This document shows positions 63,386 to 64,000 of a DNA stretch of 64,000 nucleotides, piece by piece (position 1 is the first letter of the stretch; every line of letters begins with the position of its first letter). The translations under genes were made by a program, and so were the position numbers. Under the pieces are notes generated by a model. The model was not told the origin of the DNA, ran no database searches, and was given only the letters and a program-made list of their open reading frames with translations. Origin of the DNA: an uncultured Pelagibacteraceae bacterium (GTDB taxonomy: Bacteria > Pseudomonadota > Alphaproteobacteria > Pelagibacterales > Pelagibacteraceae); assembly GCA_902579585.1 (NCBI GenBank), contig CACHHJ010000001.1, positions 7,175-71,174 of the forward strand, read 5' to 3'.

Positions 63386-64000
63386 TTTCTTAGCTCAGCA
63401 ACTTCAACATCTAATTTAATTCTATCAATTTCAAATAATTTTCTTTCCTCCCCCTTTAAAATTTTTCCTGATGGTAATTTTAATTTTTGAGAATTAATAA
63501 ACTTTCCGTTATATTTGACAGTATAATGCAAGTGAGGGCCGGTCGACATTCCTGTGTTTCCAACATAACCAATAATTTGTCCTTGTCTAACACGCCTACC
63601 TGTCTTTGTTGCAAATTTTGAAAGATGACCATAACCAGTGGTGTAAGAGGAGTTATGTCTTATTCTAACGCAGTTGCCACCATTACCACACCATCCGGCT
63701 TTAATAACAGTTCCATTGCCAGATGCCATAATAGGAGTCCCGGTCGGTGCTGCAAAGTCAGTCCCATTATGGTGTTTTGTAAAACCTAAAATTGGGTGTT
63801 TACGCGAACCAAAAGGTGAAGACAATCTCGCACCATTAATTGGAGTTTTCATTAAAGCTTTACTAATACTTTTACCTTTCTCATCGTAGAAATCAAAATC
63901 ATTTTTACTTTCAAACCTATATAATTTTATTTTTTGGTTATTTACATTTAGATAAGCATATAAAATCTTACCTGTTTGAATAAATTTGTTTGTGTCATCT
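63382..64000 (-). CDS. M23 family metallopeptidase (partial; 5' end lies beyond the window)
   Basis: SSPFG.RKHPILG, HNGTDFAAP (HxxxD), STGPHLHY (HxH); the frame stays open to the window edge. Confidence 0.93.
   Translation of the reverse strand, partial: DDTNKFIQTGKILYAYLNVNNQKIKLYRFESKNDFDFYDEKGKSISKALMKTPINGARLSSPFGSRKHPILGFTKHHNGTDFAAPTGTPIMASGNGTVIKAGWCGNGGNCVRIRHNSSYTTGYGHLSKFATKTGRRVRQGQIIGYVGNTGMSTGPHLHYTVKYNGKFINSQKLKLPSGKILKGEERKLFEIDRIKLDVEVAELRN

Noticed and set aside
1..64000. CRISPR array, prophage, IS element, rRNA or known defence system
   Set aside because: No spaced repeat array or hallmark genes seen; nearly all bases are accounted for by the listed features.

Overview
A very AT-rich, gene-dense stretch of core alphaproteobacterial chromosome. 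Gene content, gene order and near-zero intergenic spacing point to Pelagibacterales (SAR11); this is an inference. Most of the window is housekeeping: thrS-infC-rpmI-rplT-pheST-lepA, class I lysS, pyrD, rpmB, cobST, aroKB, def-fmt-truA, dapED, argB, yidCD-rnpA-rpmH, dcd-murA-hisD-infA, secA, argJ, ubiG, lysC, ispG and prfA-prmC. It also has tRNA-Ser(GGA) and tRNA-Phe(GAA). There are three accessory regions. (1) A four-gene sugar-modification cassette lies between lepA and tRNA-Ser. (2) A GC-richer Fe/2OG dioxygenase plus SAM methyltransferase pair lies at the 3' end of tRNA-Ser, next to two convergent unannotated hydrophobic micro-ORFs (18 and 22 aa). (3) After tRNA-Phe come an O-acyltransferase and a C1 module (fhs, NAD-dependent fdh, metF-like, DmdA/GcvT-like demethylase, 4-TM protein). 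The most unusual signal is a 31-bp direct repeat (29/31 identical): one copy is in the fdh/metF intergenic region and the other encodes the conserved GHPEGSPDI motif inside metF. No CRISPR array, integrase, transposase or prophage gene was seen. All calls come from reading the sequence by eye; no searches were run.
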